The notes under the pieces are model-generated. The model had not been told where the DNA came from and made no database searches. It saw only the letters and a program-made list of their open reading frames with translations. From Octopus sinensis (lineage: Eukaryota), in contig NC_043002.1 in assembly GCF_006345805.1 (NCBI RefSeq), positions 93,434,001 to 93,498,000 of the forward strand: a stretch of 64,000 nt of DNA. The letters are read 5' to 3'. The position numbers were made by a program, and so were the translations under genes. Position 1 is the stretch's first letter. The number at the start of each line of letters is the position of its first letter. Shown here piece after piece: positions 51,916 to 64,000 of this stretch.

Positions 51916-52368
51916 AGTGAAGAAAAATACAAATCATTATTGTTAGTGTTTAATACTGGTCAAGAAAGACAAGGGAAAAAACTCCAAAATCCAAATGAAT
52001 TAAAAATTGAGTTGGGGCAGAGAATGTAATGGGTTGGGTGTGTTGGTTGATAAGTATGATCTTGGGCAAGTGTGGTCGTACTCTTTTATACAGGATTAAT
52101 TGTATATTGCATTTTATAATTTATAGATACTTATTCACACATTTTTCTAGTGTTGAAACTGTTTATACAGTATTTTCCAGTTTACAAGTCAAATTTTTCT
52201 CACCAAAATTTACAGCAAACAAAGATAGGGCAAATTATACACCAAGACAGCTTTAGTGGACTAATGACTTTATGTGGAATGCAGCAGGAGTTGGAAAGAT
52301 GACAATGGTGTTTGAATGTTTACACTATGTTCTATGTTGACTTTTTTTTTTTTTTTTTTTTTCCTCCT

Positions 52369-52660
52369 TTTCAAGCCTAGCCAGGCTCATGGGCCCAGTT
52401 TCTCGGTTTCTGTGGCATTTGTGTTCCCCCCAGCTGGATGGGACACAAGTCCATGGCAGCGTTACTCAAGAAACAGGAAAAGAGAGTGAGAGAAAGTTGT
52501 GGTGAAAGAGTACAACAGGGGTTGCCCCCCCCCTGCCAGAGCCTCATGGAGCTTTTAGGTATTTTTGCTCAATAAACACACACAATGCCCAATCTGGGAA
52601 TTGAAACTGCGATCCTCTGACCGAGTCTGCTGCCCTAACCACTGGGCCATTGCGCCTCCA
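52369..52660 (-). mobile_element. tRNA-Arg-like-head SINE, same subtype as 51618-51915
   Basis: Direct comparison. Confidence 0.88.
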
Positions 52661-54119
52661 CATGTCGACTTGTATGCTGGAAAATACTCTATCTGTATAT
52701 CTCTCTTGTGTTGGTTATTTAAGCTATTACTCTTTCGATGGAGGGTGGCAGGCTGAAACATTGAAAACACTATCACCCCTCTTCTTGTAAAAGTATAATA
52801 CATGTGTGTGGGTGTGTGTATAAATATAATTCCTGCTATAGGCACAAGGCCAGAATTTTTGGTGACAGATGGGGTTAGCCGATTACATCAGTCATAGTGC
52901 TCCGCTGAATGCTACGAAGCATTTTGTATTGTGTGCTAACAATTCTGCCAACTAGCTTTATGTGTGTGTGTGTGTGTGTGTGTGTGCACATCTGCACACA
53001 TACATACACACACACACACACGCATGTGCATATACACATGTGTTTGTATAAGCACACTTACATACTAGCCAAAAGCCACCCTCCAGTCAGGCTTTTAGTG
53101 CAGCTCCTGTGGAGGGCTGTTAGATCTTTGACATAAAGTAAGATTGTAAATTTGAAGAACCTATTAAAAAGAAGACGTAAGACAAGATCAATATTTCTTT
53201 ATTTGTATAAATAAAATTCATCATGTAAATTTAGTACCCAGACATCTGGAGCCTTAGTGCTGTGAACTGTTAGTGATTTGTCCAATCCAAAAGTTTTAGG
53301 ATCATGTCAGCTCAAAACTCCACTGGAGTCTTTCTTACAATTCTGCTGGAATCCACAGGTTTTCACTATTCTGGCTTTTGATCCCTCTCCCCACAGTATA
53401 TCATTTCTTCTAATTTCTGAACGTATTTTGCTACCTTTCTACCATCAACATTTAACATGTTTTCCATGCTGGCATGGTTGGATGGCTTGACAGTAACCGG
53501 TAAGGCAAGAGGCCACACCAGGTTTCCTAGTCTGTTTTTGGCTTGGTTTCTATGGTTGGCTGCCCTTTCTAATGCCAATCACTTTCTGTGTGTACCGGGT
53601 GCTTTTCATGTGACACCGTCACCAGTGCATTTATATGACACCAGCATCTACGCCAATGCTTTTTACATAACTATCTTGACATCAATATGTACAATGTTTT
53701 CTAATGTTATCACAATGAATGTAAATATCATTTTTAATGTTTATCAATTTTAATTTGACTTTAAAACCTGTTTGAGAGAAAAATTAAATTTACTTATAAA
53801 CATTTTCTTCTTGGAGAATGGACACAGTATGAGGAAACTGGCTATCACTTCACGTTCTATGAATTTCATTTGGAAGGAAAGAATTTGATCAACAAAATTG
53901 TTTTGTTGCCAATGTATATGTAAAAGTTAAAGAGGTCTTAAAAATGTTAATTATTTTCCCTATTTGACATACAATTTCTAATTTGCTTACATATCATTCT
54001 TCAACCAGTATCCGGCTTGTTTGCTCTCTATATATACTTCTATTTCCATTATTATATTTCTTAGCAACCAAAGCTTTGTAAGTGGATTTGGCAGATGGTA
54101 ACTGAAATATATATATATG

Positions 54120-54430
54120 ATCGTTACCAGCGTTGCCTTACTGGCACTTATGCCTGTGCTAGTAGGGTGCCAAGAGCACCATCCGAGCATGATCGTCGCC
54201 AGAGCAGCCAACTGGCTTCCGTACCTGTGGCATGTAAAAGGGCACCATTCGAGCTTGATCGTTACCAACGTCGCTTCACTGGAATGTGTAAAAATATTTG
54301 AGCGAGGTCATTGCCAGTACCGCCTGGCTGGCCCCCGTGCCAGTGGCACGTAAAAAGCACCCACTACACTCTCAGAGTGGTTGGCATTAGGAAGGGCATC
54401 CAGCTGTAGAAACTCTGCCAGATCAAGATT
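54120..54430 (+). mobile_element. RTE 3' UTR fragment
   Basis: Matches 50390-50710. Confidence 0.8.
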
Positions 54431-55498
54431 GGTTCATTCAAAAGCTAAAACAATGCAAGGAAGCACATTGTGACCAGCACTGTGTAATAACATCTAGTAG
54501 CTTGGTTAATGCAGTGACTGGTGTGTTTATGTCCCTGTAACCTGGCGGTTAAGCAAAGAAGACTGATAGAATAAATACTAGACTACTGGGGTTGATTTAT
54601 TTGACTAAAAATTCTCCAGCATGGCCACAGTCTAATGACTAACACAAGTAAAAGATGAAAGATATATATATATATAACCTTGTTAGCATATGAGTGTGTT
54701 CTCAAAATGAGTGTCTATCTCTGTCTCCAGATTTGTATATGCATTGTGTCTGTGTGTCTGTCTCTTAGCCATGACAAAGCAATTTGAATGTCTGTCACAT
54801 TTATTTAGTATAGTCCTATAAATAATAACACATTTCAATTTGATGATTATACCAAACAGTGAACAGCTATTATTTTATTGGTAAATATGTCCAATATATT
54901 GGAGGATTGTAATTGCATATGTTACATATAATTTTCCTTGGATATGTTCATACTGAGTTGTGATCTTGGAGTACTGACAGATGTCTTAGTAGTGAAAGTA
55001 ACTAGCTGTTTTGCTGTGTAGGTAACCTACTCTTGTGCTTGTATATGAGTACTCGATCAATTGTCCCAACAAGTTGTATTTCATTTTACTTGCTGAACCT
55101 GCATGAAGGAACAGTACCCATGACCTTTACTGGCCCTCCAAATCATTCAAGCTGTTACAGGCGAACACCTGTGGGGAAAGTCATGTTTGTACAAGCAGTA
55201 TTTTTGAAGTGTGAGTTGTCATTGTTTAGAACCCTGGTTAATCCTGATTGAGCAAACCTATAACCAAAACCTGTGGTCATCCTATCTTTTTACTGTCCAG
55301 TATCTGTTTTTGTATAATAAAGTATGATTTTTTTAGGAAGACCCGGCTGCTATTTTTATTAGATCAGGTGACATTGCGCCTTTGAAACTGATCAGTACCA
55401 CTCCTTTGGGGCAGTAGGAAATTCTTTCAGGGTGCTGGAGACAAAGGGAGCAGTGGGAAGTATGAGTGATAGGTACATCTTTTTTTATATTTTTTTTA

Positions 55499-55735
55499 TA
55501 CTTGTTTCAGTCATTTGACTGCGGCCATGCTGGAGCACCACCTTAAGTCAAGCAAATCGACCCCAGGACTTATTCTTTGTAAGCCCAGTACTTATTTTAT
55601 CGGTCTCTTTTGCTGAACCGCTAAGTGACAGGGATGTAAACACACCAGCATCGGTTGTCGAGCAATGCTAGGGAGACAAACACAGACACACAAACACATA
55701 CACACACATACATATATATATATAATATATATATA

Positions 55736-55766
<31 letters not shown>

Positions 55767-55925
55767 CGACAGGCTTCTTTCAGTTTCCGTCTACCAAATC
55801 CACTCACAAGGCATTGGTCGGCCCGGGGCTATAGCAGAAGACACTTGCCCAAGGTGCCACGCAGTGGGACTGAACCCGGAACCATGTGGTTGGTAAGCAA
55901 GCTACTTACCACACAGCCACTCCTG
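55499..55925 (-). mobile_element. Abundant SINE
   Basis: Reverse complement of consensus. Confidence 0.9.
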
Positions 55926-56429
55926 TATAGTTTTGTTTTAGTCTTTGTGTCTTATCAAAATTTTCTGTGTATAAATCATCTGGTAGTACCAGTGGTTGAA
56001 ATGCTGTTTTGACATTCCATATTACATTGATGAATGAAATCATTTACTGATTAATGGCAATCAATCTGTTAACAATAATTTTTATGTTGCACTTAATTTT
56101 GTTGAACCATAGCAGTGGAGTACTGGAAAAGTGTTTCAAAAGAAAAAAGTACAATAACTAAAAAAAGTTTAATAAACCCTAATGTAGAGGTACCTTTATT
56201 GGTTCATACCAATATGAATGATCTAGAGTTGTGGTCATGGTGATCATTTACCGTAAAGTAAACTCAGTGATGCAAGCTTTATTATCAGTTGCATTGTTGC
56301 ACTTCACAAATTTGTGACTGCAGCAAGGCTGATATTTTCACCACATGTGATACATGAGATAATGAAACCTTTGCTGATGTCACCATGATACATTAATGAT
56401 CATGACACGTTTCAAGACACTTTTAAGAG

Positions 56430-56830
56430 TTCATCATCATCATCATCGTTTAGCGTCCGTTTTCCATGCTAGCATGGGTTGGACGGTTCTACTGGGGTCT
56501 GTGAAGCCAGAAGGCTTCATCAGGCCCAGTCTGATCTGGCAGTGTTTCTACGGCTGGATGCCCTTCCTAACGCCAACCACTCCGTGAGTGTAGTGGGTGC
56601 TTTTTACGTGCCACCCGCACAGGTGCCAGACAGAGCTGGCAAACGGCCACGAATGGATGGTGCTTTTTATGTGCCACCGGCACGAGGGCCAGGCGAGGCT
56701 GGCAACGGACACGAACGGATGGTGCTTTTTACGTGCCACCGGCACGAGGCCAGTCGGGGCGGCGCTGGCAACGGTCGCGAAACGGAAGGTTCTCTTACAT
56801 GCCACTGGCACTGGTAACACATCTGCAATT
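56430..56830 (-). mobile_element. RTE 3' end with internal tandem units
   Basis: Reverse complement of 39170-39677 type. Confidence 0.88.
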
Positions 56831-59257
56831 TCCATTAATCGATTTCGATTCTGTTTATTTCTCATCCACCTAACACCTTGAAACCAGTCTTTATGACAGC
56901 TATTTTTGTGGCTTTGAAGTGTCATCATTGTCATTGTTATCATCACTTTATATACTGGTTATCTATGCTGGCATAGGTTTGACAGATCTCCACATTTTAT
57001 CACTTGTTTACCCACCTCCATATACACACAACAACAGAGAAACTCTGCTGTTGTATTTGTCTTATTTACAATTGACAGTCTTAACTGCGCAATGCCCTTC
57101 CTATCACCACTTACTTTGCAGTGTGGGCTAGCTATATTTTTCTCATACTATTGGTGTTAGAGAGGTTGTTTTTATGCATTAATTGAATCAGTTTTCACCA
57201 GGAGTTTAGTAATGACTAAAAGTAGATCAATGGCATGTGCTATATTTAAATCAGCGCTTTCATTTTTAGTTGCTACCAAGTTTGTTTTATTCCTATTTTC
57301 TCTTATTGCTGTGCTCCAGTTTTGAATTTGGGTTTTTATTTACTTTTTAAATTAAAAAAAAAATATTGATCTCTTTCTTAGTTTTTGTGAAAAAGTCCAA
57401 ATCTTTGGATACTTTTTGGATAATTTTGATAATTTTATATATTAGTAATTTAGCTAATTATTTTCTTAATTTTATTTTGCCAAGATATTGTGATAAAAGA
57501 AAAGGACAAAGTGACAATATAGTCACTGTACAAAGATTGAATATAGTCATTATTTTAGGTTTTAATCAACTTTTTATCAACATGAGACAGTTAAGAACAA
57601 ATTATTATTTCTTTTCTTTATAATTTTAAAGCAAATTTGACTTGTTGAGGCTCTAAATTTTTGATATGATCAAATTCTTTTTCCTTTTCTTTTTCTCTTG
57701 TGCAGCAAGAAGGTGTGGTACTTCAGTTTATGATAAGGCTTACGTAAAACTAGATTATATCAGCAATCTTGTATAACAAGTAAATAAAGCATAGGTGTAT
57801 GTGAATATTTTAATATCTTTACATATGTATATATATCTGTTTGAATTTGGAACACCCTACGTTTATATATAGACAGAATATGCAAAATATTTTTCAGATT
57901 TCCAACATTTTGAGTTTAATTGTTTCCAAGTGTACTTGATATGTAACCCACTTACTGATCTGTGCTTTTGTGTAAAGAAAACAAATATTAAAGAGATTGT
58001 ATATGTATATAGTCAGCCTGTACATGATGATCTACTTTTTCAAGGTTATTTACTGCAATCATAATCATTGCAGTTATTTGGCTAGGTCTGTGCTTGATTG
58101 GCAGAATTTTCTATGCAATTTACAAATGACTTATTAGGATGAGTTTTGAGCATTATTATCAAGATGAGATTTTCCTGTTTTTATAAGCTAGCAGAAAACA
58201 AACTGTCCCCTCTGCAATTTGGGTCAATTAAGTTCTTTTACATTGTGTAAATAGGAAGGTAATTTGGAGTGTTTATCAAAGTGTTTCAGTTATGAATGGT
58301 GTTTCATTGACACTTAATGTTTAGCTTCTCTCACAACTTTAAGCTGCATATTACTATTTGTTTCTGTTCAAGCCTAGCTATTGTCCAGAAATAAGTGGTA
58401 TGTTACATAAAATCTGCTTTTACTTTGAAGAAAGCTCTATTTTCCCACAGGATTGTGTTTGTACTGTCTTTCAGTTGCTAGCTTATGATATAACAACAAC
58501 TTCTTATAAATTCATCCACAGGTTTGGATATTTAGTGAATAACATAATCTTAACATCAATATCATTACCATCATTGTTCTCACTGACATCATCTTGGTGG
58601 GATCTTGTCTTGATGTATCACTTCTTCATTTATACTTAACCTTTTAATGTTCAAATTACTCTGTCAAATGTAGTGCCTTTATATTCAAATTGTTTTGAAT
58701 TTATCATGCTTTCTCTTATAGATTTGAGGTGCCATGTAAAATCACTTGTGCAGTACCACATAAATGTCAGCTCTGGTTACACTGTCCAACCCATGGACAA
58801 CAGATGTTAAATGATGATGATGATGATGATATATATAAATATATAACATTCATAAACACACCCAAATACATAACCCTACTCACAAATATACATTTGTTTG
58901 ACGTAATTCATTGTTGTTACCATTAGAATATACATCCTTTTATAGAATTAATTCAATAGGTTCTCAGGAGTGTCGTTTAATTTTATTTATGTGCATGTGT
59001 GCTGGTATTTACTTTCTGTATCATAGTGTTTTAGACACTGCCTGGCTATGCTGTTATCAACACATACACACATACCCATATATACATGCACACATCTACA
59101 CGCATACATTATAACTGTGTGTTAATAAAAACAGGTTGCTTTCGCACACCTAGGGCTCATGCAGTTAACTGACATCAGCTGTACCCATTGTGAAATCTGA
59201 AATAAGGATACTTAAAGGGTTTGGGTACTTAAAACTGTGTTATTGGTGATGTAGTCA

Positions 59258-59580
59258 GTGGTTAGAGCGTTGTGCTTACGATCGTAAGGTTGTGAGCTCG
59301 AATCCTGGACCGGGCTGCGTGTTGTGTTCTTAAGCAAGACCCTTTATTTCCTGTTGCTCCAGTTTACTCAGCTGTAGAAATGAGTTGCGACGTCACGGGT
59401 GCCAAGCTGTATCGGCTGCTGCCTTTCCCTTGGATAACACTGGGGGCATGGAGAGGGGAGGCTGGTATGCATGGGCAACTGCTGGTCTTCCATAAACCAC
59501 CTTGCCCAGACTTGTGACTAGGAGGGTAACTTCCTAGGTGCAATCCCATGGTCAGCGTCGTGACCGAAGGGGGTCCCGAC
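59258..59580 (+). mobile_element. tRNA-derived SINE, second family
   Basis: Aligns with 16031-16370. Confidence 0.8.
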
Positions 59581-59613
59581 CGACTGACTGAGTCAGTACA
59601 GACATCTGTCTAT

Positions 59614-59648
<35 letters not shown>

Positions 59649-59789
59649 AAACAAAACCTGCAAGACCTTAAGATTTAAAGGATGATAGTTACAGCAAGAT
59701 GCTTTCCTTTGCAACCTTGCTACTAAGTAGGTAACCAGTTGATGTGAGCCCAAAGTAGTTGGACTAACCTGTTTAAACAGAAACTTGGA

Positions 59790-60345
59790 GAGAAATCCTT
59801 ATCAAAAAAGTTATACATGGCTACGTGCAAAATAGGGAATATCAACAATATTGACAGGAAATGTAGCCTCTCCTGAATTTGTGATAAATACATCACATCT
59901 TACCTTGAAGAAACAGGAGATAACTACAAAATATTTGATCACTAAGAGAGATAAGGAACCCACCAACCTGCCACTTTGTGATATAAAACATTGACCATAC
60001 TTTACTGGTGTGGAAGATACCACCCACATCATGAATAACTGTTTGAAAATGTTGGCAAAGTACTACTTCCTTGTGAAACATGACATTGGTGCAAAAACTA
60101 TTCAGAATACAATCTACAGGAAGGATTGCCTGACAGTTGTACCAAAGGCACACTTAAAACTAGAATATATCCACACCTTTATAAATAGGGAATAATAGTT
60201 GAAGTTTCTGATAAAAACCACATCCTGGTACAAATACAACAGGCCTGATATCATATGGGACAGGGAACAAAAGTAATGCTCTGTTGTGGAGGTCAGCTGC
60301 CCTTTGGATATGAATATTACATTTTAAAAATGGGTTAAAGGAGAG
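59790..60345 (+). mobile_element. Decayed non-LTR retrotransposon with restriction-like endonuclease (R4/NeSL-type)
   Basis: One frame with several stops: KQEITTKYLITKR...EDTTHIMNNC..LAKYY..VKHD..AK (degenerate CCHC) ...YNRPDIIWDREQK*CSVVEVSCPLD (PD-(D/E)xK-type RLE motif). Confidence 0.8.
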
Positions 60346-60677
60346 CATCCTTGTATGTTGAATATAGATTTTCATTTGTACCTATTATCATAAGTACAGT
60401 GTGCTATGTAACAACACACTTGCATAAAATCCTGAAAATGCTGTGTTCTTTCCCAGAAAGGACAAGTGAGTTCACTTGTATCCTCTAAATACAATAAATT
60501 AATGGTGCAGTGAAAATTTGTAAAACATTCTAGATATTTGTTATTTGAGTTTCCTGGAATTAACATATAAATGTACAGTCACGCGTGTGTATATTACTTA
60601 CATATGTGCACCCACTAACTCGCTCACATATTCACAAATCTCAGAAACTATGAGATAGAATAAGAAAGTTCCCAAAT

Positions 60678-61092
60678 AGGTGCAGGAGTTGCTGTGTGGT
60701 AAGTAGCTTGCTTACAAACCACATGGTTCAGGGTTCAGTCCCAATTGCGTGGCACCTTGGGCAAGTGTCTTCTACTGTAGACCCGGGCTGACCAAAGCCT
60801 TGTGAGTGGATTTGGTAGACGGAAACTGAAAGAAGCCCGTCGTATATATGTATATATATATATATGTATTTGTGTGTATATGTTTGAGTGTCTGTGTTTC
60901 TGTCCCCCCGCCCACATCGCTTGACAACCGATGCTGGTGTGTTTACGTTCCTGTAACTTAGCGGTTCGGCAAAAGAGACTGATAGAATAAGTACTAGGCT
61001 TACAAAGAATAAGTCCCGGGGTTGATTTGCTTGACTAAAAGTGGTGCTCCAGCATGGCCACAGTCAAATGACTGAAACAAGTAAAAGAGTAA
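60678..61092 (+). mobile_element. Abundant SINE, young copy
   Basis: Full head, body, tail. Confidence 0.92.
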
Positions 61093-61094
61093 AC

Positions 61095-61260
61095 TAGTGA
61101 TGTTTAATAAAACTTAGCTTATTTACCTAAGTTTTAACATAATTTCCTTCAAAATAGTCACTTTGTGCAACAATAAACTGGTCCCAGTGTTCCTACCACT
61201 TTTGGAATCCAGCCTGGAATTCGTTTTCTGTAGGCAAGTCAATGACCTTCTGTGATTCAC
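61095..61260 (-). mobile_element. Mariner 3' end fragment
   Basis: Minus translation W*EHWDQFIVAQSDYFEG resembles the mariner C-terminal RW.KC...GDYFE motif. Confidence 0.55.
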
Positions 61261-61433
61261 CCTGGATCTTGGAAGCTGTTGAAATTAATTGTGCATTGTC
61301 TTGTATCTTCAAGATTTCAAAATGTGGTTATTTATTTTTAGACTAAGATTGTTGGGTTGGGTTGGTGTGAAAAGCCACATCTGACTAGTTTGAAAATAAA
61401 ACAGGTGGAATATATTGGCTGGATATGGCTGGT

Positions 61434-61661
61434 TTAACCCTTTAGTATTCACATTATTCTAGCAAATGTGATGCTTGTATATTCACATTGCATTGAATTA
61501 ATCCTGCATTATCTCATAGCTGTGAGATTTCTGCGATGTGACTCTTTACTTTGGGAATAATATTGTTGCATAGGGTAAGAGGTTGGATCTGACTGGTTTT
61601 GAACAAAAAGGAGGTAAGATATTTAGGCCGGATATGGCCGGTTTGAATGCTAAAGGGTTAA
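61434..61661. mobile_element. piggyBac-like MITE nested in the end of another copy
   Basis: TTAA-CCCTTTAG...CTAAAGGG-TTAA, followed by ATGCTAAAGGGTCAA of the host copy. Confidence 0.75.
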
Positions 61662-61855
61662 ATGCTAAAGGGTCAAACAAAACCGCCACATCACCTTGTG
61701 ACTGCTTGAATCCTGTAAAGGAGAAAAAGAAAAAAAAAACATGGATAAATCCTGCAAAAAGACATATTTACATACACATATATATTTTTTATCTGCATCT
61801 CTTTATTAAATATATTATCATGAAAAGGGTGGGAGCATCAGTTTTTTATTAAATA

Positions 61856-62280
61856 TCTCTCTTTCTCTTTGTCTCTTTTACATGTTTCAGTCATTTGACT
61901 GTGGCCATGCTGGAGCACCGCCTTTAGTCGAGCAAATCGACCCCGGGACTTATTCTTTGTAAGCCCAGTACTTATTCTATCGGTCACCTTTTGCCGAACT
62001 GCTAAGTTACGGGGACGTAAACACACCAGCATCGGTTGTCAAGCAATGCTAGGGGGACAAACACAGACACACAAACACACACACGCACATATATATATAT
62101 ATATATACACATATATACGACGGGCTTCTTTCAGTTTCCGTCTATCAAATCCACTCACAAGGCATTGGTCGGCCCGAGGCTATAGTAGAAGACACTTGCC
62201 CAAGGTGCCACGCAGTGGGACTGAACCCGGAACCATGTGGTTGGTAACAAGCTACTTACCACACAGCCACTCCTGCGCCT
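61856..62280 (-). mobile_element. Abundant SINE, young copy, flanked by 55 bp direct repeat
   Basis: Flanks 61801-61855 and 62281-62336 identical except T-run length. Confidence 0.93.
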
Positions 62281-62650
62281 CTTTATTAAATATATTATCA
62301 TGAAAAGGGTGGGAGCATCAGTTTTTTTATTAAATAATATGAATATTTTGTATATTTCTTTGAAAAATAAGCAAAAAGCTAAATTGTGTTTAGTCACTGG
62401 AAAATAAAACTAATGGACAAATATGTTCCTGGTTCTGTGTATGAAATGTAATCATTTCTTTTGGCTAGTAGAGTTTGTAGTTTCTAGTTTTGGCTGCTTT
62501 CTTCAATTCTATCATGCAGGGTTGATGCCATAACTAATAAAGGAACAACCAAGACAAGGTTATTTCTTTTCATTTCTTTGAAGATATCAGAACTCAATTT
62601 CTTTCACAGCACACAAATGTATCTTATTTTACAAATAATCAAAATAAGAA

Positions 62651-62690
<40 letters not shown>

Positions 62691-62929
62691 CATGTACACT
62701 CCCGCCACCAAGTGTGTCTATGTGTGTATTGTACACATACATACCTGAATTTACAAGCATACACAGCTCATACACTTACTAAATTATAAAAATGTATAAA
62801 CACATACAATGTATATGTGCCTGTATTTATATGTGTGTGTGTGTTTATATATACTTACATATTTGTGTCTATGTGTCTGTTTATGTATGTTTGTTTGTGT
62901 GTGCATGTGTGTGAATATATATACACACA

Positions 62930-63110
62930 TTTTTTTTTCTCTCCTTGTTTCTCTCCTTGTTTTTTCTGTGTCCCTTTCTGTAGAAGAGTGTAGGCTCAAA
63001 ATATAAAAGACTTTTTCTATTCCTGAACGTTATACTAATACATCTGTTTGTTTTGTACACCACCTGTCTTTGTCTTTTGTTTTTTCGTAAACTCTCCCTA
63101 TATATATATA
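62930..63110 (+). mobile_element. Penelope-like pseudo-LTR fragment, decayed
   Basis: CTTT-CTGTAGA-A-GAGTGTAGGCTC-AAAA-TATA-AAAG hammerhead-like remnant; end resembles 49290-49350. Confidence 0.45.
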
Positions 63111-63501
63111 TATATATATATGGTCAATTCAAATAAACAACAATTAAAAAACAGAAAAAACCCCCAAAAAATTGGGCGTGCATGAGAAATATATTAATTT
63201 TATGCATGGTGTAAGGCGGCGAGCTTACAGTGTCATGACTGAAGGGGGTCTCATGTTCTTGCATCAAAATCTTTCAATGAAGTGTGTATACACCTATAAT
63301 GACGTATATTTACAGTTATTTGTTATGTCTACAATGGAGTGTATATATGTATATACAACTATTTGTTGTCAATAATGAAGTGGATATACATGTATTTGTT
63401 ATGATTATAATGAATTGTGTTTACAATTATTTATTGTCTACAATAAAATTTGTATACAACTATTTGTTATATCTATAATGAACCATGTATACTTACTTAC
63501 T

Positions 63502-63822
63502 GGTATGCCATTGGTTACAATGACAAGGGTTCCAGTTGTTCCAATCAATGGAACAGCTTGTTCATGAAATTAACATGCAAGTGGTCGAGCACTCCACTGA
63601 CATGCATGCCCTTAATGTAGCTCTCAGGGAGATTCAGCATGACACAAAACGGGACAAAGCTGGTCCTTTGAAATACAGGTACTACTCATTTTTGCCATCT
63701 GATTGGACTGGAGCAATGTGAAGTAAAGTGTCTTGCTCAAGGATACAACATGCCAGGAATTGAACTCACACTCTTACAATTGTGAGTTGAATACCTTACT
63801 CACTGAGCGATGTGCCTTCACT
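63502..63822 (-). mobile_element. Degraded tRNA-derived SINE
   Basis: Body homologous to 24963-25130, head of the second-family type. Confidence 0.75.
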
Positions 63823-63844
63823 ATGAAGTGTGTATACAACCATT

Positions 63845-64000
63845 TGGAGGCGCAATGGTCCAGTGGTTAGGGCAGCGGACTCGCAGTCAGAGGATCGCGG
63901 TTTATATTCTCAGACCGGGCGTTGTGTGTGTTTACTGAGCGAAAACACCTAAAGCTCCATGAGGCTCTAGCAGGGGGTGGTGACGACCCCTGTTGTACTC
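63845..64000 (+). mobile_element. tRNA-Arg-like-head SINE cut by window end
   Basis: GGAGGCGCAATGGTCCAGTGGTTAGGGCAGCGGACTCGC. Confidence 0.88.

Overview
AT-rich, repeat-dominated eukaryotic DNA. The repeat repertoire looks like an octopus genome; this rests on my recognition of the repeat families, not a database search. It includes an abundant tRNA-headed SINE with an internal (TA)n/(TG)n tract, tRNA-Arg-like SINEs, RTE 3' ends with (GAT)n tails, TTAA-CCC MITEs and ACTAGC-type non-autonomous Helitron-like elements. No protein-coding gene can be identified with confidence, so the window is intronic or intergenic; only low-confidence exon candidates exist. Most listed ORFs are microsatellite or repeat artefacts. 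Real coding remnants are transposon-derived: mariner, RTE, CR1 and an RLE-endonuclease LINE. Most notable: (1) a full-length U6 snRNA copy fused to a retroposon 3' tail; (2) several Penelope-type repeats carrying minimal type I hammerhead-ribozyme-like motifs, one with a swapped G3:C8 core; (3) a fold-back mariner; (4) an RTE copy with a 5' inversion; (5) a degenerate 27-30 bp array whose indels keep frame; (6) several unusually long insertion-associated duplications. Coordinates were counted by hand, and repeat boundaries may be off by several bases.
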